DNA of 64,000 nucleotides, from IMG/VR virus record IMGVR_UViG_2898074128_000002; one strand, given 5' to 3'. This stretch comes from an uncultured virus (IMG/VR IMGVR_UViG_2898074128_000002) (lineage: Duplodnaviria > Heunggongvirae > Uroviricota > Caudoviricetes). Shown piece by piece: positions 37,768 to 48,351 of the stretch. The stretch's first letter is position 1. Each line of letters starts with the position of its first letter. Both the position numbers and the translations under genes were made by a program. Below the pieces are notes generated by a model. It saw only the letters and a program-made list of their open reading frames with translations, did no database searches and was not told the DNA's origin.

Positions 37768-38712
37768 ATGGCACAAGGAATTACAAACTATAACGTTGGG
37801 GACACCTTTGAAGGGTTCCTGTTAATTAAAAACGCAACGAAAGGAACAACCAGCGGAGGTTCTCCCTTTTTAAACTTACAGCTCAGTGATGCTACTGGGA
37901 GTATCGACGCGAAATTCTGGAATGTCACAGATAACGATATCGCCAACTATACAAACGGAGCGGTTGTTGAACTCAAAGCTACGATTATTGACTTCCGGGG
38001 ATCTCGCCAGCTGCAGCTCCAGCAAATTTTTATCAGTGACGCTGCAAAAGAAATGCCTGCTGGGGATTTCATGGAAAAAGCCCCTGTTAGTGAAGCAGAG
38101 CTTCGTGAAGAGATCGACCAAACCATTTTTCATATGAAAAATGAAACGATCCGAAGCATCACCCGCTCTTTTGTTGAACGTTACAATCAAGAATTTTTTG
38201 TCTATCCGGCAGCTGCAACAATTCATCACGCATTTATCTCCGGGCTGGCCTACCACACCGTAACCATGCTCCGTATCGCAAAATCTCTGTCAGAGATTTA
38301 CCCGGGCCTAAATAAAGACCTGCTGTACGCCGGTGTGATTTTGCACGACTGGGGAAAGATTCATGAATTTGTAAGTGAAACTGACACGACACGTTCCAGG
38401 GACGGGAATCTCCTTGGTCACATCCCTATCATGGCGGCGGAAATCAAGGAAGTAGCAAATAACCTGGGGATTGATAAGGACTGTGAAGAAGTCACTCTCC
38501 TGCAACACCTGGTACTTTCCCATCACGGAAAACCAGAATGGGGCAGCGCACGCACACCGCTCCTTCAAGAAGCGGAACTGCTGCACATGATCGACAATAT
38601 CGACGCGAAAATGAATACTGTATCTAAAGCGCTGGAAAACACCAAAGCTGGTGAATTTACCGAAAAAATGTTTTCCCTCAATAACCGTTCTTTTTATAAA
38701 CCGCTGTGCTGA
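37768..38712 (+). CDS. yhaM: YhaM-like 3'-5' exoribonuclease (OB fold + HD)
   Basis: L.DATGSIDAKFW; PAAATIHHAFISGLAYHT; LHDWGK; GHI; SHHGKPEWGS. Confidence 0.9.
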   Translation: MAQGITNYNVGDTFEGFLLIKNATKGTTSGGSPFLNLQLSDATGSIDAKFWNVTDNDIANYTNGAVVELKATIIDFRGSRQLQLQQIFISDAAKEMPAGDFMEKAPVSEAELREEIDQTIFHMKNETIRSITRSFVERYNQEFFVYPAAATIHHAFISGLAYHTVTMLRIAKSLSEIYPGLNKDLLYAGVILHDWGKIHEFVSETDTTRSRDGNLLGHIPIMAAEIKEVANNLGIDKDCEEVTLLQHLVLSHHGKPEWGSARTPLLQEAELLHMIDNIDAKMNTVSKALENTKAGEFTEKMFSLNNRSFYKPLC

Positions 38713-38784
38713 CAGCGGTTTTGTTGTATAATAAAATGGTAAAATATAGTAATTAAATAGATTTTTGGTAGGAGGACTAAATTC

Positions 38785-39456
38785 ATGACTGATAACACCT
38801 ATCCGTTCAACCTGATCCGAGCGATATACGGAGATAAAGAATCAGATACGACCCACACGGAAACGACCTATATTAAAGGATTATTCGAACAGATCGACAA
38901 GCTGAATGAAAAAGAACAGCGCGTCTTATCTTTGCGTTATAAAGAAGGCCTCACGTATAAAGAATGCGAAAAATATTTCGGTGTTTCCGCCCAGCGGATC
39001 ACGCAAATCAAAAACCAGGCTTTACGGAAACTCCGCCACCGCACCCGCGCCAAGCACTACGAAACCGTAACGAAAGCCGAGCTGGACGCCGTCAAAAGAA
39101 AGCACCAGAAGGCGGAAAAGGAAAATGAAAAATTAAAAGAAGTGCTAGAAGCACTGGGTAGTTGTGACATCGACCCTCATGCCGTGATTTTACTGGCAAA
39201 CATGGTTCGACCTGAGCACTTAGATAAACACGTCGGCGATTTGAACCTATCCACTCGCACTTACAACTGTCTGGCTCGCGCTGGTATTCTGACGATCGGT
39301 GACCTCATCCGTACACCGGAAGAACAACTGGTGCGTATGCGAAGCATCGGGGAAAAATCGTTGAAGGAAATAAAAAGTAAGATACGAGCCTACATCCTAC
39401 TCCCTAATGAGGGTCAGGAGGAACGGGGGATGCCGCATGCAAGCGACGCTGTATGA
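38785..39456 (+). CDS. Sigma70 region-4-like HTH fused to RNA polymerase alpha C-terminal-like domain
   Basis: LNEKEQRVLSLRY..LTYKE...FGVSAQRITQIKNQALRKLRH; LNLSTRTYNCLARAGILTIGDL...RSIGEKSLKEI. Confidence 0.85.
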   Translation: MTDNTYPFNLIRAIYGDKESDTTHTETTYIKGLFEQIDKLNEKEQRVLSLRYKEGLTYKECEKYFGVSAQRITQIKNQALRKLRHRTRAKHYETVTKAELDAVKRKHQKAEKENEKLKEVLEALGSCDIDPHAVILLANMVRPEHLDKHVGDLNLSTRTYNCLARAGILTIGDLIRTPEEQLVRMRSIGEKSLKEIKSKIRAYILLPNEGQEERGMPHASDAV

Positions 39457-40837
39457 CTACCAGAGGTACTGTGCGGAATTTATAAAAAAAGTCCCCCGGT
39501 GTGGCTTATTTCTGGATGTAGGGCTTGGGAAAACGTTAATCACCCTGACCGCTTTCGTGGAACTGGCCCAGCAAAACCGGCTTCAAGGGCATGTCCTGGT
39601 CATCGCACCGAAGCGAATTGCCATTAATACATGGCCCGATGAGATCACAAAATGGGATCATACAAAACACGGTCGATACACCCAGCTGTCCGGACTATCC
39701 AAGAAAAAACGAGATGAAGCACTGGATCGTGTGGCTACCGACCCGCCGACAATCTATATTATCAACCGGGAACTCATCCCGAAACTGGTGAAACGCTTCC
39801 CCGGGGAGAGCTGGCCATTCTTAAACGTAGTGATTGATGAAGCGCAGAGTTTTAAAGGGTACAGCACAAACGGATTTAAAGCCTTGCAATCCATCGCGCC
39901 CTATACGATGCGCTGGATTGAATTGACAGGTACCCCGTCCCCTAATGGTCTTTTAGACATCTGGGCGCTGATTCACCTGCTTGACGGCGGTCAGCGGCTC
40001 GGCAGGAACATCACCGAATATCGTAACCGTCACTTTGTCCCAGGGAGACGAACACCAGAAGGGTATCCTTACGAGTGGTTGTTGATCGAGGGACATGACC
40101 GATTTATTCATCACGCCATTAAAGATGTGGCCATCAGCATGATGAAAAAGGATTACCTAAACCTCCCTCCTGTTACACATAACGTCATCGAGCTGGAGAT
40201 GACGAAACAGGAGCGGGAGATTTACAATCAGCTCAAGAAAGAAAAAGTCCTCCCTCTTATTGACGGAGGAGCGATTGAAGCGGCAAACGCCGCGGTGTTA
40301 TCCGGAGCCTTATTGCAGCTTTCTAACGGCGCCATTTATGCTGATGAAGACCGAAAGCAAGTCATCGAGCTCCACGATCATAAATTAAAGGCGTTGGAGG
40401 AAATCGTAGAAGGTTCAAACGGACAGCCGATTCTTTGCTTCTATTGGTTCAAGCACGACGTCATCCGGTTGGAAAAGTATTTCCCTAACGCCGAGGTGTT
40501 CACCGGAGATCCCGAACAGCTAAAGCGCTGGAACAATAAAGAAATCCCGCTACTCTTCGCCCATCCGGCAAGCGCCGGTCACGGCTTGAATTTCCAGTAC
40601 GGCGGTCACATCCTGGTGTTCTTTGTGGTACCCACCTCCCTTGAGCTTTATTTGCAGTCGATCGGACGGTTGGACCGTAACGGGCAAACGGAACCGGTGA
40701 TTGTCCATTATCTGAAAATGCGCGGGACGGTGGAAGACCGGGTTATCAGTACGCTTTTAGATAAAAAAGTCGTCCAGCAGGAACTGATTGACGCTGTGAA
40801 AGCCGAAATTGGAACCATGCAAGGTGTAACAGCGTAA
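39437..40837 (+). CDS. SNF2-family helicase (phage type)
   Basis: DVGLGKT, VIDEAQ, LTGTPSPNG, HPASAGHGLNFQ, QSIGRLDRNGQ. Confidence 0.92.
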   Translation: MQATLYDYQRYCAEFIKKVPRCGLFLDVGLGKTLITLTAFVELAQQNRLQGHVLVIAPKRIAINTWPDEITKWDHTKHGRYTQLSGLSKKKRDEALDRVATDPPTIYIINRELIPKLVKRFPGESWPFLNVVIDEAQSFKGYSTNGFKALQSIAPYTMRWIELTGTPSPNGLLDIWALIHLLDGGQRLGRNITEYRNRHFVPGRRTPEGYPYEWLLIEGHDRFIHHAIKDVAISMMKKDYLNLPPVTHNVIELEMTKQEREIYNQLKKEKVLPLIDGGAIEAANAAVLSGALLQLSNGAIYADEDRKQVIELHDHKLKALEEIVEGSNGQPILCFYWFKHDVIRLEKYFPNAEVFTGDPEQLKRWNNKEIPLLFAHPASAGHGLNFQYGGHILVFFVVPTSLELYLQSIGRLDRNGQTEPVIVHYLKMRGTVEDRVISTLLDKKVVQQELIDAVKAEIGTMQGVTA

Positions 40838-40906
40838 ACGCAAATCTTGATGGAAGGGTGCTATGTGCACCCTTCCTATTTTTATATCAGCAAGGAGGAA
40901 TCCGTT

Positions 40907-41596
40907 ATGGACGAAAACAGCAAAGAATCCCATGAAAGCTACGGCATGTTGAGCATCAGCCGTCTTTCAGGCCATGATACCGTTTTATTTGGCAGCAGCA
41001 TCCCGCACCGCAACACCATCCGGCTGTCCATTCATCCCGGTGTCGTGGAACGAAGTCTAAATCACGACCATTATTATGCGGAAAGAAAGCCTTACATCGA
41101 AGTGGAAATGTCACAAGCACAATTCGCTGAAGCCATCACCAGCATGAATATGGGGTCTGGCGTTCCTGTCACCCTTCGTGAATTAAACGGAAAATTGATG
41201 GAGAAACCGAGTTTTACCAGTAAGCGCATGCAGTTTGAACAGGAATTTAAAGAGCGTATGGAAAACCTTGAAAGTCACCTCGCCCGCTTGACCGAGAAAG
41301 CCGAAGATATTCTCAGGAATAAAAAGTCCGTAAATAAAACTGATCGACACACTATCTTAAATGAGCTGAACGCACTGAAACGGGAACTTGCTTCGAATAT
41401 GCCTTTCATCGCATCGTCGTATAACGAGCAGATGGACAAGACGACACAGGAAGCGAAAGCAGAGCTGGAGGCGTTCACGATCAATAAATTGAACCAGCTG
41501 GGGCTGGAAAAATGGAAAGAGCAGCAGGATTTACCTGTCAGCCAGGACCCGCTCCAACAGCTGACACAAGAAACCAATCACACAGAACAGGAGTGA
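40907..41596 (+). CDS. Conserved hypothetical protein
   Basis: RBS AAGGAGG; LFGSSI.H, EVEMSQAQFAEAITSMNMGSGVPVTL. Confidence 0.7.
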   Translation: MDENSKESHESYGMLSISRLSGHDTVLFGSSIPHRNTIRLSIHPGVVERSLNHDHYYAERKPYIEVEMSQAQFAEAITSMNMGSGVPVTLRELNGKLMEKPSFTSKRMQFEQEFKERMENLESHLARLTEKAEDILRNKKSVNKTDRHTILNELNALKRELASNMPFIASSYNEQMDKTTQEAKAELEAFTINKLNQLGLEKWKEQQDLPVSQDPLQQLTQETNHTEQE

Positions 41597-41601
41597 CACT
41601 C

Positions 41602-42609
41602 ATGAATCAATCAAAAAGACGGTTTATTAAACTAACAAAACGGGACATCGGCCTTTTGCTCGGCATCGGGACACTGGCAGCTATTTTAAACGTTTACCCT
41701 TACCCGCTCGTCGCAGCTGGTGCTGTGGTCATCGGTATTTTGCTTCTACGGATCTATGAAGAACCGGAGGAAAATAAAGAAATACCGGTGCGGGATGACC
41801 GGAGTGTAGAAAAACGGAGCGCAGAGGAAATTATTACGAGCAAACTGAACGAAGGCGCCATCGAAAAAGCCATCGATGAGCGTTTTGATAACATGGTCAA
41901 AGAGGTTGTCGACGATCTGTTCGGCAATTACGGGGAGGTGTCACGACAAATTAAAACGAAACTGAAAGAAACCATGAACCCTTATATCGAAGCGTATGAT
42001 TTTAGCGAGCATACGATAAAGCTCGAACACTTACTGAGCCAGCTCATTACGGGAGTAACGAAAGATCAGGATACACTCCTTCGGAATTTACGTGACATGA
42101 TGGGAACTGAACCTGTGGCGAAAGTCAGCACCAGTGAGCTGTTCGATAAGTACACGTCCTATATCAGTGAAAATATCGATACGAATAAACTCGACATTGA
42201 TTATGATGACAAACCAACGTACCGGAACCTGACAGCTGAACTAAGCTCTGAAGATAATACGAGTAGTATCGCCACCCTTGAAAAGAAATCCCTGGCATTT
42301 ACCTGTGAAGAAGACGAATCCATGACCGTTATTGTCGGCATTAAGCGTTGGACCGATTTATCGGATAATGCCTGGCACATCGAGAGTGTTGAGCGTGTAA
42401 ATACCAAAGAATCAGTTTCACGGGTACTCCGTGGAGATAACGACCTCACCAGGATGGAGACACCTATGAGGTATCTTCGTGATTTGAACAAACTGGAAGT
42501 CTGCCTGCTCAAATTATATTACGACCGGACCGAAATCATCCTTGATGAAACAGACATCTATGATGAGGACGTCGAGGTCAAAGCGGAGCCGGAAGCCTCT
42601 TTTTACTAA
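41602..42609 (+). CDS. Hypothetical protein with N-terminal TM hairpin
   Basis: RBS AGGAG; two TM segments then soluble domain. Confidence 0.7.
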   Translation: MNQSKRRFIKLTKRDIGLLLGIGTLAAILNVYPYPLVAAGAVVIGILLLRIYEEPEENKEIPVRDDRSVEKRSAEEIITSKLNEGAIEKAIDERFDNMVKEVVDDLFGNYGEVSRQIKTKLKETMNPYIEAYDFSEHTIKLEHLLSQLITGVTKDQDTLLRNLRDMMGTEPVAKVSTSELFDKYTSYISENIDTNKLDIDYDDKPTYRNLTAELSSEDNTSSIATLEKKSLAFTCEEDESMTVIVGIKRWTDLSDNAWHIESVERVNTKESVSRVLRGDNDLTRMETPMRYLRDLNKLEVCLLKLYYDRTEIILDETDIYDEDVEVKAEPEASFY

Positions 42610-42648
42610 ACAAAAAAAAACCCATCTGGATGTCCAGATGGGTTTTTA
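42610..42648. terminator. Bidirectional terminator
   Basis: AAAAACCCATCTGGA-TG-TCCAGATGGGTTTTT between convergent genes. Confidence 0.75.
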
Positions 42649-43530
42649 TTACTTGATGTCCGGCTGTTCGGTGTCTGACGGAAATAACAGGATCATCCCT
42701 GCAGGAATCACATCCGCATCTCGGATGCCGTTTAGTTCCATAAGCTGGCCGAGCGGGACGTGGAAGGCACGGCTGAGCTTAATCAGCGTGTCCCCTTCTT
42801 CGGCTACGTAATACATGTAACCCGTGGCGTTTAAGCCTTCCACCAGTTTCAACCGCTTTGAACCGTCGATTTGTCCCGGGTATAACTGCTCCGCTTCCGC
42901 ATAAGCGTCTTCGATCGTCATATGAAGTGATTCCTCTAATGAGGATATTTCCGTAAGGTTTTCTTGGCCTGCAACCTCTATGAGCGTGTTAATCAGAGCA
43001 TCGAATTCGGCTTTATCCATCTCGTTCAGGTGATCCATCATATCGGATTTCTCCGGGGAATCTTCCTGCTTGAGAGAGACATGTAACTCAATATCTCCCT
43101 GCACGGACTCCCCTTCTGTTCCTGATTTTTCTGTGATCGTTAGGATAAAGTCCTGGAAATCTTCTTCGCTCATACGGCTTATATGAGACACTACCTCTTC
43201 CCTGCTCACGTTCTGGTCAATGACAGCAGAGGGAAGATCCGGCGTCGGTGCGAAACCAGAATCGGTTTCTCCCCCGGCGATTTCCGGAGCACTGACACGT
43301 TCCGCCTGTACGGGCGTGGCTTTCGCAGCCAAAATTTTATATTGCACATCCGACGAAAAGAAAAATGTGAGAATCAATACCGAGCCGATCACCGCGGCGA
43401 TGGATATACCCGACAACATGCGGAAGCCAAGTTCGTCTGCCTGCGCTTCGACAGGGCCTCCCTTCTGCATGACAGGTTCGTCCTGTTTTTTACTTGTTTT
43501 ATCCGTGATTTTTGTCCTTTTGGATCTCAT
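42649..43530 (-). CDS. Membrane-anchored LysM-domain protein
   Basis: Single TM; C-terminal YYVAEEGDTLIKLSRAFHVPLGQLMELNGIRDADVIPAGMILLFP. Confidence 0.85.
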   Translation of the reverse strand: MRSKRTKITDKTSKKQDEPVMQKGGPVEAQADELGFRMLSGISIAAVIGSVLILTFFFSSDVQYKILAAKATPVQAERVSAPEIAGGETDSGFAPTPDLPSAVIDQNVSREEVVSHISRMSEEDFQDFILTITEKSGTEGESVQGDIELHVSLKQEDSPEKSDMMDHLNEMDKAEFDALINTLIEVAGQENLTEISSLEESLHMTIEDAYAEAEQLYPGQIDGSKRLKLVEGLNATGYMYYVAEEGDTLIKLSRAFHVPLGQLMELNGIRDADVIPAGMILLFPSDTEQPDIK

Positions 43531-43639
43531 GATATCACTCCCTTCCTACTGCTAATTATACTGGAATATATTGGCAATAACAATATAAATAAGTTAAAAT
43601 ATAATTATAAATCACTGAACAGAGAGGGGTTTTAAAGAA

Positions 43640-44611
43640 ATGTCATTCGCATATATTAACCACCCGGCTTATCATTCCGAGAATGAAGAATTAAAAAGTA
43701 TTTATAACAAATGGCGCCAGCGCCAATTCGGAAAACGCATTCCGGTGCATGTCTTTGGATCAGGGTCCGAGGGGAACTCAGTGTATCTCAAACCATACCG
43801 TACGCTAATTGACCTGGGGCTTACGTATAAAACTTATCAGGAGTACAGCCCGACGTTCTTCCTGGATGTGGATTACCTTGTTTTAACGCACCATCACGGG
43901 GATCACCTGAACCCGTCTACACTTAATCGTGTGATTCAGAATTACCCGCACATCCGCATTATTCTGTCTGATTTTATGTGGAACATGATTACCTCGGATG
44001 ATTTTAAACCTGAATACCAAAAGCGGGAAAAAGGAGAAATGGTACCATTCGGTCACGATCCGGTATACCGGACAGACACAAGCGGACAGCGTATTAAGAA
44101 ACCATCCGCATGGGCTCCTGAGTTTTTCAAGCATCGGTCCAAATTTAGGACAGCTGCCCCCGAGACGCTCACCACCCATGACGGGAAAAAGTTTTTATTT
44201 GAGCCGCTCACGGTGAAGCACGGGGATATCGTAAATATTGCCGTGCAAATCAGCGATCCGGAATTGGAATTCGAATTTCTCTATGCCTCAGATTTAGATA
44301 ATTTGGGCGGAGAAAGATCATTCATCGACTGTTACGGCAACACGCAGCATGTCACAGGTCTCGATCAGCACAGGCGTTATACCTGTATGTTTTTAGAAGC
44401 CAACTACGATGAGACAATTCTGCAAAACTGGTATGACAATCTAAATCAAGACGATCCGGATTATCGCGGGAAAAAGGCGCGGGCCGATGGGAACCTGAGA
44501 CACATTTCCGAACAGGAAGCCAGCGTGTATATTGAACAACATTTAGACGAAAACGGGCTGTTCGTCCCGCTTCACGCATCCAAAACGTTCGGTACGCTCC
44601 ATCAGGCGTAG
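43640..44611 (+). CDS. Metallo-beta-lactamase-fold hydrolase (putative nuclease)
   Basis: GSGSEGNS, LIDLG, THHHGDH, YASD, LEANYD. Confidence 0.85.
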   Translation: MSFAYINHPAYHSENEELKSIYNKWRQRQFGKRIPVHVFGSGSEGNSVYLKPYRTLIDLGLTYKTYQEYSPTFFLDVDYLVLTHHHGDHLNPSTLNRVIQNYPHIRIILSDFMWNMITSDDFKPEYQKREKGEMVPFGHDPVYRTDTSGQRIKKPSAWAPEFFKHRSKFRTAAPETLTTHDGKKFLFEPLTVKHGDIVNIAVQISDPELEFEFLYASDLDNLGGERSFIDCYGNTQHVTGLDQHRRYTCMFLEANYDETILQNWYDNLNQDDPDYRGKKARADGNLRHISEQEASVYIEQHLDENGLFVPLHASKTFGTLHQA

Positions 44612-44916
44612 ATACTTAAAAAGAAATGCAAAAATCGCTTTGATACAAAAAAGCATACAACGGAAAGAAGACAACCTGACCTTTCATAAAGGTCAGGTTG
44701 CTTTCAGGGCGAAAAGCGACCTTTTCGCCTAGATAAAGTTTGAGAGAAAGTTCCTCAATGATGATGTAAAACCTGTTTAAATATTATTGAAAACGTTGTG
44801 CATACAGCGTTTTTAAAGTATAATTAAACGTATAACAGGATACATTGTCCCTATCAAAAACATAATCAAAAAAAATTAAACGCATGGAAAACCCATGCAA
44901 AAGGAGAAGATGTATC

Positions 44917-45789
44917 ATGGCAAAACAGACACGCGAACAATTAGGAGTAAAAGAAGGAGATCAAATCGTTCTGAAAGGAAAAGTGACTTTCGCTCGCCTG
45001 GACAAAGCAGTTGACGGCGAGGCGCTTGTAAGTGAAAACCAGCGCCGCGCGAGAATGGGTATGCTCCACACGAAACCGTTCCGCAGTGTAACCATTGAAG
45101 AACCAGAAATCGTGCAGGGTGACGGAACAGCGCTTGCTCAGTTCCACGGCCAAGAAGTGTATAATAGCAAATCCACAGGAAAGCCAACAATGTCCTTCGA
45201 GACAAAATCTCTGTATGCACCTTCCTATGGTCACATACAGGAAAACGGTACGATTATGGAAATCGCTGATCCGGAAAAGAACCCGGCTCAAGGACAAGTT
45301 GTTTATCTGCTGATTACCGCTTTCAAAGCGAAAGGATTTAACAACCTTGGTTCCACGTTTGACACGGTTGTATTCGAAAAGGGACCGATCCAGTTCTATG
45401 AAGGTAGAGGAAACAGCCTTGCTGGTTTCGGTCAAGCAATGAACATGCCTGTACAGAGCATGACAAACGCAGAAAGAGAAGCACAACAGCCACAGGAAAA
45501 ACCGACCCCAGTTGGTGCTGGTGTTGGAGCGGATCAAGGTAGCTTCGGCGGTGGCGGTTTCGGACAGGCACCTGCTGGTGATCCTAACCAGCCTGCAGGA
45601 AATCAAGGCGGTTTTGGAGGTTTCGGACAGGCAGCACCGCAAGATCAGGGTCAGGCTGGCTTCGGTCAACCGGCTCCAGAACCAAACGGCGCAAGCCCTA
45701 ACCCATTCGGTGTTCCAGAAGGTGCTATGTCAGACCAAGGGTCCCCGTTCGGCAATAGCGGACAGAGAGGCAAAAGCCCATACGCGTGA
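44917..45789 (+). CDS. Putative single-stranded DNA-binding protein with G/Q/P-rich disordered tail
   Basis: Beta-rich N-terminal domain plus long GGFGQ/NPF tail; adjacent to Prim-Pol. Confidence 0.5.
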   Translation: MAKQTREQLGVKEGDQIVLKGKVTFARLDKAVDGEALVSENQRRARMGMLHTKPFRSVTIEEPEIVQGDGTALAQFHGQEVYNSKSTGKPTMSFETKSLYAPSYGHIQENGTIMEIADPEKNPAQGQVVYLLITAFKAKGFNNLGSTFDTVVFEKGPIQFYEGRGNSLAGFGQAMNMPVQSMTNAEREAQQPQEKPTPVGAGVGADQGSFGGGGFGQAPAGDPNQPAGNQGGFGGFGQAAPQDQGQAGFGQPAPEPNGASPNPFGVPEGAMSDQGSPFGNSGQRGKSPYA

Positions 45790-45926
45790 TTGTAAGAAAT
45801 AACTAAACGAGGGGCTTACTGCCTCTCGTTTTTTTTATATAATGGAAAATGTGACCAAATGCAAAACGACACAACAGCTTCTGCAACTACAAACGAGAAC
45901 TACGCCGAAACGAAAGGAGCCTACTT

Positions 45927-46994
45927 ATGCAATACCCGATGGTACATCCATTCACTTTCATGCAAAACCCACTGATTAAACATTTATCTGAAGATCCCTA
46001 CTGGACCGTTTCGGATGATAATAAACGCCCTGTAAACGCCCGGCTACTGCTTGATACGGGAAACGTATACAACGCGAAATTCGATGGAGAATGGCCGCTG
46101 ACTACGCTCCAGGAACTGGACGCCGACCAAAACCTGCAGGCGGTGAATCGTGCGTATCGTTTAAGGGCAAGAGAAAACCGCGTTATTGCTATTGATGTGG
46201 AGCCGAGCGCACCGGAATCCATGAAACAGGAAGTGTTAGAGTTTCCGGCCCATTTCACGGAACTCTCTAAAAACGGCGGTGTCCACCTCTTAATTCTCGT
46301 ACCGGAGGACTTAATTCATTCAGAAAACCGGTACATGTTCGAGGAACTATCTGTCTTTAAAGAGCCTGTTCCGAAACCGGAAAACCCGGACGAAAAACCG
46401 CGAGGGGCTCACTTCGAAGTCTTGTTTAACGATCACTTCGTGACATTCACTAAACGCATGCTCACACAAAAACCATGTGTAGACTATAACCAGGACCCTG
46501 AAGCCAAGAAGAAGCTCGCTGACTTCTTAGACAACATTGTCCGGATGGATACACAGAGAAAGAAAGAGCGGGAACTCGCCAAGCAGTACCGCATCGGGAT
46601 GATGAAAAACATTATCGATGAGGAAAAGGAGAAAGTGATTGAATCCTTTATTTCGATTAAACCGTTCGAAAAGACGAAAGAGCAAGCCGAGAGCAAAACT
46701 GTGAGTGACTTCGGAGGAGATGCTTCCCGCTATGAAATGAGCGTCGCCAACGGGATCGCCTTTCATACGATCCGTATACATAAGCTGGCGAAAGACACGA
46801 TGTCATTTAAAGACATGGCTAAGTCCCTCACCGAGCAAGACCTTGCTTATGCTATATACCTGATTTTAAAAGAAGTCGTACCGCACCGGGAAAAGCACGA
46901 TGAAACCCGAGACGGGCTTCCGTGGCTGTTGTACACATCCAAACGGGCGTATGAGTACGTCAAAGCGCAAAACGCGAAGCGGCAGAAAAAATAG
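45927..46994 (+). CDS. Prim-Pol (AEP-like) primase domain protein
   Basis: K.P (NKRPVN), IAIDVE, ELSKNGGVHL, FVTFT motifs. Confidence 0.7.
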   Translation: MQYPMVHPFTFMQNPLIKHLSEDPYWTVSDDNKRPVNARLLLDTGNVYNAKFDGEWPLTTLQELDADQNLQAVNRAYRLRARENRVIAIDVEPSAPESMKQEVLEFPAHFTELSKNGGVHLLILVPEDLIHSENRYMFEELSVFKEPVPKPENPDEKPRGAHFEVLFNDHFVTFTKRMLTQKPCVDYNQDPEAKKKLADFLDNIVRMDTQRKKERELAKQYRIGMMKNIIDEEKEKVIESFISIKPFEKTKEQAESKTVSDFGGDASRYEMSVANGIAFHTIRIHKLAKDTMSFKDMAKSLTEQDLAYAIYLILKEVVPHREKHDETRDGLPWLLYTSKRAYEYVKAQNAKRQKK

Positions 46995-47016
46995 AATCGA
47001 AAGAGGGTTTCTGGCA

Positions 47017-47283
47017 ATGAGACAACTACCAGTAGATTTAAACAGTACTGAGAGGTATACCGATAACATCGGAGATAAAATGCCGCTTAATGAATTTCTG
47101 GAGTGTTGTGACGGCGGTATGTTTATCGACTATGACGGACATGCTTCTGAAGTTATTTTAGACGGCCGTATCATCTCGGATAAGCCATTTTCTCCGAGTG
47201 ACCTGGAAGAAGGTGTGCGGGAGCAGCTTCTCGACATTCAAAAGACCCACGGAAACCTGACAATAGTATGGTACAACAAATAG
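47017..47283 (+). CDS. Hypothetical protein
   Basis: EFLECCDGGMFIDYDG...VWYNK. Confidence 0.6.
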   Translation: MRQLPVDLNSTERYTDNIGDKMPLNEFLECCDGGMFIDYDGHASEVILDGRIISDKPFSPSDLEEGVREQLLDIQKTHGNLTIVWYNK

Positions 47284-47337
47284 TAACGAAAACCGGGCAG
47301 TGAATTCACTGTCCGGTATTTTATTAGCAAAGGAGAA

Positions 47338-47943
47338 TTGATGATGAAACCAGCATTAAAAGATACGAAACTCTTTATCCCGGAAATCCCGAAGCATTGG
47401 ACGGATCGCACCCGCTCCGGTCACAGGAATATCTGGAATCATGACTCAGATGATCCGAACAAACCAGAAATATCGCTCACACCTCCGGAACAAGGTCTAT
47501 ACGCTGTACGCTTCGAAGGCGGCTGGTACTGGGTATGCGGTTGTGAGGTATGCCATGGAAATACGGGTGTGTATTCCTATATTGTTTGCCACGACCATGA
47601 CCGCTGCGTCACCTGCGGTACACATCGGGAAGACTTGACCGATGCCCCATGGGGGCGCCTTGCAGGCTTCCAGTGTAAACCATGTGCAGAGAAAGAACAC
47701 GCCGACAGAAAAGCCGAAGCGCTGGCCAAGGCCCGGGAGGAGAACCACTCCGAGATCGACTGCTCTTATGAGGACAGCATTATCTGTCCGACATGTGCAT
47801 CGGTAAACGAGCGCGAGGAACTTCATGAGGTCGGAACTCACCGTATTACCTGTGACGTCTGTGACGAAACGTTCAACGTCGACATCGAGTACGAGATACG
47901 CTATACCGCAACGAATATAAGAGAAAGTGGGAATGCCTTATGA
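47338..47943 (+). CDS. Cys-rich multi-zinc-finger hypothetical protein
   Basis: Several CxxC pairs; RBS AAGGAG. Confidence 0.7.
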   Translation: MMMKPALKDTKLFIPEIPKHWTDRTRSGHRNIWNHDSDDPNKPEISLTPPEQGLYAVRFEGGWYWVCGCEVCHGNTGVYSYIVCHDHDRCVTCGTHREDLTDAPWGRLAGFQCKPCAEKEHADRKAEALAKAREENHSEIDCSYEDSIICPTCASVNEREELHEVGTHRITCDVCDETFNVDIEYEIRYTATNIRESGNAL

Positions 47944-48209
47944 CATATGTGGTCTGCCAAACACCAAAATGCCAGCAAACGTATCCTTTAAATAGCTTTA
48001 AACCGGAATCTGTGAACGTCCCCTGCGCCAAATGCGGTGGTGTTCTGATCGATAAAGACGGTCGCGCGAATATGTCCCAAAACCCGCACGTCATACCCGT
48101 CATCACCACAGACGAGATCAAGCAAAACCGAAAAGAAAAACTCGCCCGCAAACGCAAGGAGCTTGCCCGCCTGCAAGCTGAAATAACGGAACTGGAACAG
48201 GAGGTATGA
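47940..48209 (+). CDS. Zn-ribbon plus coiled-coil small protein
   Basis: CQTPKC...CAKC; ATGA overlap. Confidence 0.6.
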   Translation: MTYVVCQTPKCQQTYPLNSFKPESVNVPCAKCGGVLIDKDGRANMSQNPHVIPVITTDEIKQNRKEKLARKRKELARLQAEITELEQEV

Positions 48210-48351
48210 CCTGACATGTCTGGAAAAATACACGTCCTGTACAAGTGTGACGGCTGCGGCCAAACGCTCATCGCAAAAAGCCAGGATAACGTTCGGCGTG
48301 TGTCCTGCGGTACATGTATGGAAAAATCACTGAAAAAAGGAGCCTGACCCT

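Noticed and set aside
44941..45669. 242-aa minus-strand ORF and other antisense ORFs within long genes
   Set aside because: Shadow frames of well-supported plus-strand genes.
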